Source: Haliotis rubra (Eukaryota). Taken from it: DNA of 64,000 bases. The notes under the pieces were generated by a model, which saw only the letters and a program-made list of their open reading frames with translations, was not told where the DNA came from and did not search any database. How positions within the stretch are numbered: the stretch's first letter is position 1; every line of letters begins with the position of its first letter. Where the stretch lies: contig NW_025767658.1 in NCBI RefSeq assembly GCF_003918875.1, forward strand, positions 124,001 through 188,000, written 5' to 3'. Positions 60,585-64,000 of this stretch are shown piece by piece. The translations under genes were made by a program, and so were the position numbers.

Positions 60585-60802
60585 GAGGTCTTGGCTTTTC
60601 ACGGGAGATTTTGGCCTTTCACAGGAGGTCTTAGCCTTTCACAGGAGATCTTGGCCTTTCACAGGAGGTATTGGCCTTTGACAGAAGATCGTGGCATTTC
60701 ATAGGGGGTTTGGGCCTTTAACAGGAGGTCTTGCCCTATCACAGGAGATCTTGGCCTTTCACATGAGGTCCTGACCTTTAGCAGGAGGTCTTGGCCTGTC
60801 AC
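60585..60802. repeat. 20-bp tandem repeat upstream of the fucosyltransferase
   Basis: acaggagatcttggcctttc, about 10 copies. Confidence 0.9.
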
Positions 60803-60997
60803 ACTAACCTCAAACATGTTCATTGGCCAGGAAGCTGTTTCTTGTATATCACGGAATGTTCTGAATTTTACAAAAGTCCACAATTATAGGCTTATATATT
60901 TGACAGAGGTGTCTGTCTCGTATATTTCCATGTTGTATTAATAAGAATGATAACTTGAAAGGCGTTTTGGTTCTACTGAAATAACAAAAAATACATA

Positions 60998-62053
60998 ATG
61001 GCTGCTTTACACGTTCCGAAACTTTTCTTCATGTTTGTAATGATGTCCATGTTTATTATGTGTTTGGTTTTAATTCTACATCAAGATATTCTACTGCAAG
61101 AAAAGTATATTTTCAATCATTCTGAAATACATAATTGGACCCAGGACCTCAACATTTCATCTGGAAATCTTAACACAACTGGACCAAGCTTCAACAACAC
61201 GATGCTTCCTGATGATGTCGTCCAGGACCTGTTTTCAAGATGGCGAACAACCACGTCACGTGACAACACCGTAACGGTGGCAGTCCGTGGTCGTCTGGGA
61301 AACAATATGTTTGAATATGCCTCATTGCTAGGAATTGCTGTCAGTACAGGAAAAAAGCCTCTTATTCCAAAATCGAAAGAACTCAACATACTCTTTAATA
61401 TATCTTTCACAGGGGACATCCACAATCAGCCTTCGACGCGTGTTTCGGAGAAACAATATGGCGCTTATGACCGCAAGCTCCTTACACTGCCCGGTGGAAA
61501 TGTTGAAGTCTGGGGGTATCTTCAATCATGGAAGTATTTCCACTGCATCAAAGCCTCACTAAGAAAAGAGTTCATCTTCAGACAAAAATACATCGATCTC
61601 AGTGGTCAGTGTTTTGAAAAATACACAAATAAGCATAAAAACCGAACTGTTATCGGGATTCACGTTCGACGCACAGATATGACTTCTGGAGGAAAGAGAG
61701 GCTATGTGGCTGCCCCTTTGTCGTATATTAAAAAGGCCATCGCACATATGAACACAAAGTTTCACAACCCTCTGTTCCTTATAGCTACTGATGACAAAAA
61801 TTGGTGCAGAAAATATGTTGTTTCCTCGGACATAATACTCATGGAAAATTCAGATCCCTTTGTAGACTTTGCGACCTTGACCTTGTGCGACCACATAATA
61901 ATGACTGTGGGGACATTTGGATGGTGGGCTGCTTGGCTTGGAGACGGGTACGCTGTATATTACAGAGATTTTCCCAGGCCAGGATCGGAGTTAGCTAGCG
62001 GTCTTATAAAGGAAGACCACTTCCTGCCCCACTGGGTTCCTCTTGGTGCTTGA
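60998..62053 (+). CDS. FUT1/FUT2-like: Galactoside alpha-1,2-fucosyltransferase (glycosyltransferase family 11), type II Golgi membrane protein, single coding exon
   Basis: 351-aa ORF. N-terminal TM anchor, stem rich in NxS/T sites, and GT11 motifs GRLGNNMFEYA, GYLQSWKYF, IGIHVRRTD, DFATLTLCDHIIMTVGTFGWWAAWL, FLPHW. Confidence 0.93.
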   Translation: MAALHVPKLFFMFVMMSMFIMCLVLILHQDILLQEKYIFNHSEIHNWTQDLNISSGNLNTTGPSFNNTMLPDDVVQDLFSRWRTTTSRDNTVTVAVRGRLGNNMFEYASLLGIAVSTGKKPLIPKSKELNILFNISFTGDIHNQPSTRVSEKQYGAYDRKLLTLPGGNVEVWGYLQSWKYFHCIKASLRKEFIFRQKYIDLSGQCFEKYTNKHKNRTVIGIHVRRTDMTSGGKRGYVAAPLSYIKKAIAHMNTKFHNPLFLIATDDKNWCRKYVVSSDIILMENSDPFVDFATLTLCDHIIMTVGTFGWWAAWLGDGYAVYYRDFPRPGSELASGLIKEDHFLPHWVPLGA

Positions 62054-62341
62054 TAATGCTCATGTGAAGATCCGGGAATAAAGCTGAGTGCGGCGTAAAA
62101 CTAAAGTCAGTCGCTTACTCATATGCTGCCACTCGAATTGCCTGCCTGTATTTCTGCTTGTGTTGTTTGTTAATCGACTGCTTGTGCCAGAATATGCTCT
62201 TGAAACTCTATGAATACAGATATCACTACCACATATCATTAATGTTATGTATTTAGTACAGACCCGAGTATATTAATAACATTCTCTGGAAACCCGAGAG
62301 AACAGTACTTACAGTATCCTCAACATAACATGTAATTTAGT

Positions 62342-62511
62342 GAGCGGTGGGGTAGTCTAGTGGTAAAAGCGTTGGCTCGTCACGCCAAAGACCCGAGTTC
62401 GAGTCCCCACACGGGTACAATGAGTGAAGCCCATTTCTGGTGTCCCCCGCCGTGATGTTGCTGGAATATTGCTAAAAGCGACGTAAAACCAAACTCAGTC
62501 AGTCAGTCAGT
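62342..62511 (+). mobile_element. tRNA-derived SINE family A, full-length copy
   Basis: A and B boxes, (CAGT)n tail, TSD tgtaatttagtga. Confidence 0.9.
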
Positions 62512-63465
62512 GTAATTTAGTGATTATCTGATATTTTAATGATAATCTTTTGACAATGAGAGAACTTCATGTTAGTGACTTGTTCTCAAGGATAAACTAT
62601 TCTTGGATAAATCTAGGAATTTCATCACCATGAAGATCCGGGTTTGAATTCGCCTGCAGCAACCCGTGCTTGTCGTGAGAGGCGACTCACGGGATCGGGT
62701 GGTCAGGCTCGCTGACTTGACCCTTGTCATCGTATCCCAATTGCGTAGATCGATGATCATGATGCTGATCAATGGATCGTCTGGTTCAGACTCGATTATT
62801 TACACACCGCCGCCATATAGCTGGAATATTGCTGAGTGCGGCGTTAAACAACCAGCCAACCAGCCAACCAGCCAACCAACCAACCAAACTTCAAAAACTT
62901 CTAAAACTTCAACATCCCAAAATTGTTAGATGGCACGTTACTTTTGACGATTCTGAAATAACTGATTCTCAAAATGTGATTTGGGGCAAGCATATGCCAA
63001 AGGATTCTGACCGTGCAGATCAAGGTGACTGAGATTTAAAAACATTATATATCTAAATAGAACATGTTTTTACACGACTCTCTAATGCTAATCTACCAAC
63101 AAATGTGTAAATTCATACAATGCTTTCATTGAATGTCCATTTTCAAATCAGTTACAATTAAATGATCCACTTTTTGGATGACTGTGAAAGATCCTTGTGA
63201 TGTCAACATGTACCCGCTGCTCGTTGACAATGCAGCTTTAACTCATCTCGTTATAGTTTAGAAATGTAGATGCATTTAAAATATAAACAAAACGGTTTGT
63301 GTGCGTGACGTAAAGGAACGCTGATGTATTTGTCGTTATTGTATGCATTAATTATAATTGACAAACGGAAGCCAGAAGTCTCCACCTTTGTTGTCTTACT
63401 ACTTTTGTTTGTTCTTACTTGTACACATATATATGCTCTCTGCCTCATAGCATTATGTCGGAAGC

Positions 63466-63648
63466 GCCAAATCATCATTATCATCATAGCATTCATTCAT
63501 TTGACGCATTGGTGTAGATATACGGGACAGGGTGTTCAACGTCGTGGTAGTTTGTGCCAAATCATCATTATCATCATAGCATTCATTCATTTGACGCATT
63601 GGTGTAGATATACGGGACAGGGTGTTCAACGTCGTGGTAGTTTGTGCC
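63466..63648. repeat. 90-bp tandem duplication
   Basis: gccaaatcatcattatcatcatagc...ggtagtttgt x2. Confidence 0.9.
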
Positions 63649-63664
63649 CAATCTTTTCCAAGAC

Positions 63665-64000
63665 AGTAAACTATTTTCAATGTTAAACAAAGCAATATAT
63701 TCTTACGAACATTTTGTAAATTTAGATTCCAGTCACATATATTAAAGATTTGTAAATTAAGGTACGATAATAATATTGATACCGACCAACTTTTATGCTC
63801 CAATTGTACTATGAGTGTTGTAGAAGATGAGTATCACCTTGTATTAGTTTGTCCATATTAGAACCACCTAAGAGAGCAACTAATCCCTCCTTATTATTTC
63901 ACGTGTCCTACAAGGGTAAAAATGTATCAGCTGGTAACGTCTAACAATCCCGAACATGTAAAATATCTGTCTATATACTTGAAACTAAATCTGCCAACTT
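63665..64000 (+). mobile_element. LINE ORF2 C-terminal fragment (CCHC zinc knuckle), with in-frame stop
   Basis: Frame from 63721: FRFQSHILKICKLRY...LCSNCTMSVVEDEYHLVLVCPY*NHLREQLIPPYY. Confidence 0.8.

Overview
Eukaryotic (animal) genomic DNA, probably a mollusc and plausibly a gastropod such as abalone. The taxon is inferred only from SINE types and (GAGT)n tails. I reconstructed three host genes by hand. (1) A 23-coding-exon single-pass receptor guanylyl cyclase of natriuretic-peptide-receptor type (+, 5104-39585, about 1017 aa). It has an ANF-receptor ectodomain, TM helix, kinase-homology domain, coiled coil and intact GC domain, but a 1-nt frameshift in a G run of exon 15. (2) A 3-exon gene for a 71-aa secreted 8-Cys peptide (+, 47630-50509) that the ORF track misses. 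(3) An intronless alpha-1,2-fucosyltransferase of family GT11 (+, 60998-62053). The rest is repeats: several SINE families, LINE RT and zinc-knuckle remnants, Tc1 derivatives, MITEs, a Crypton-like remnant and many minisatellites, plus four N gaps. The most notable unexplained signals are a pseudoknotted RNA-like head on one SINE family (candidate ribozyme or cis element), a covarying 3' stem-loop shared by four retroelement families, and the orphan Cys-rich peptide. Repeat coordinates are approximate (about +/-10 nt).
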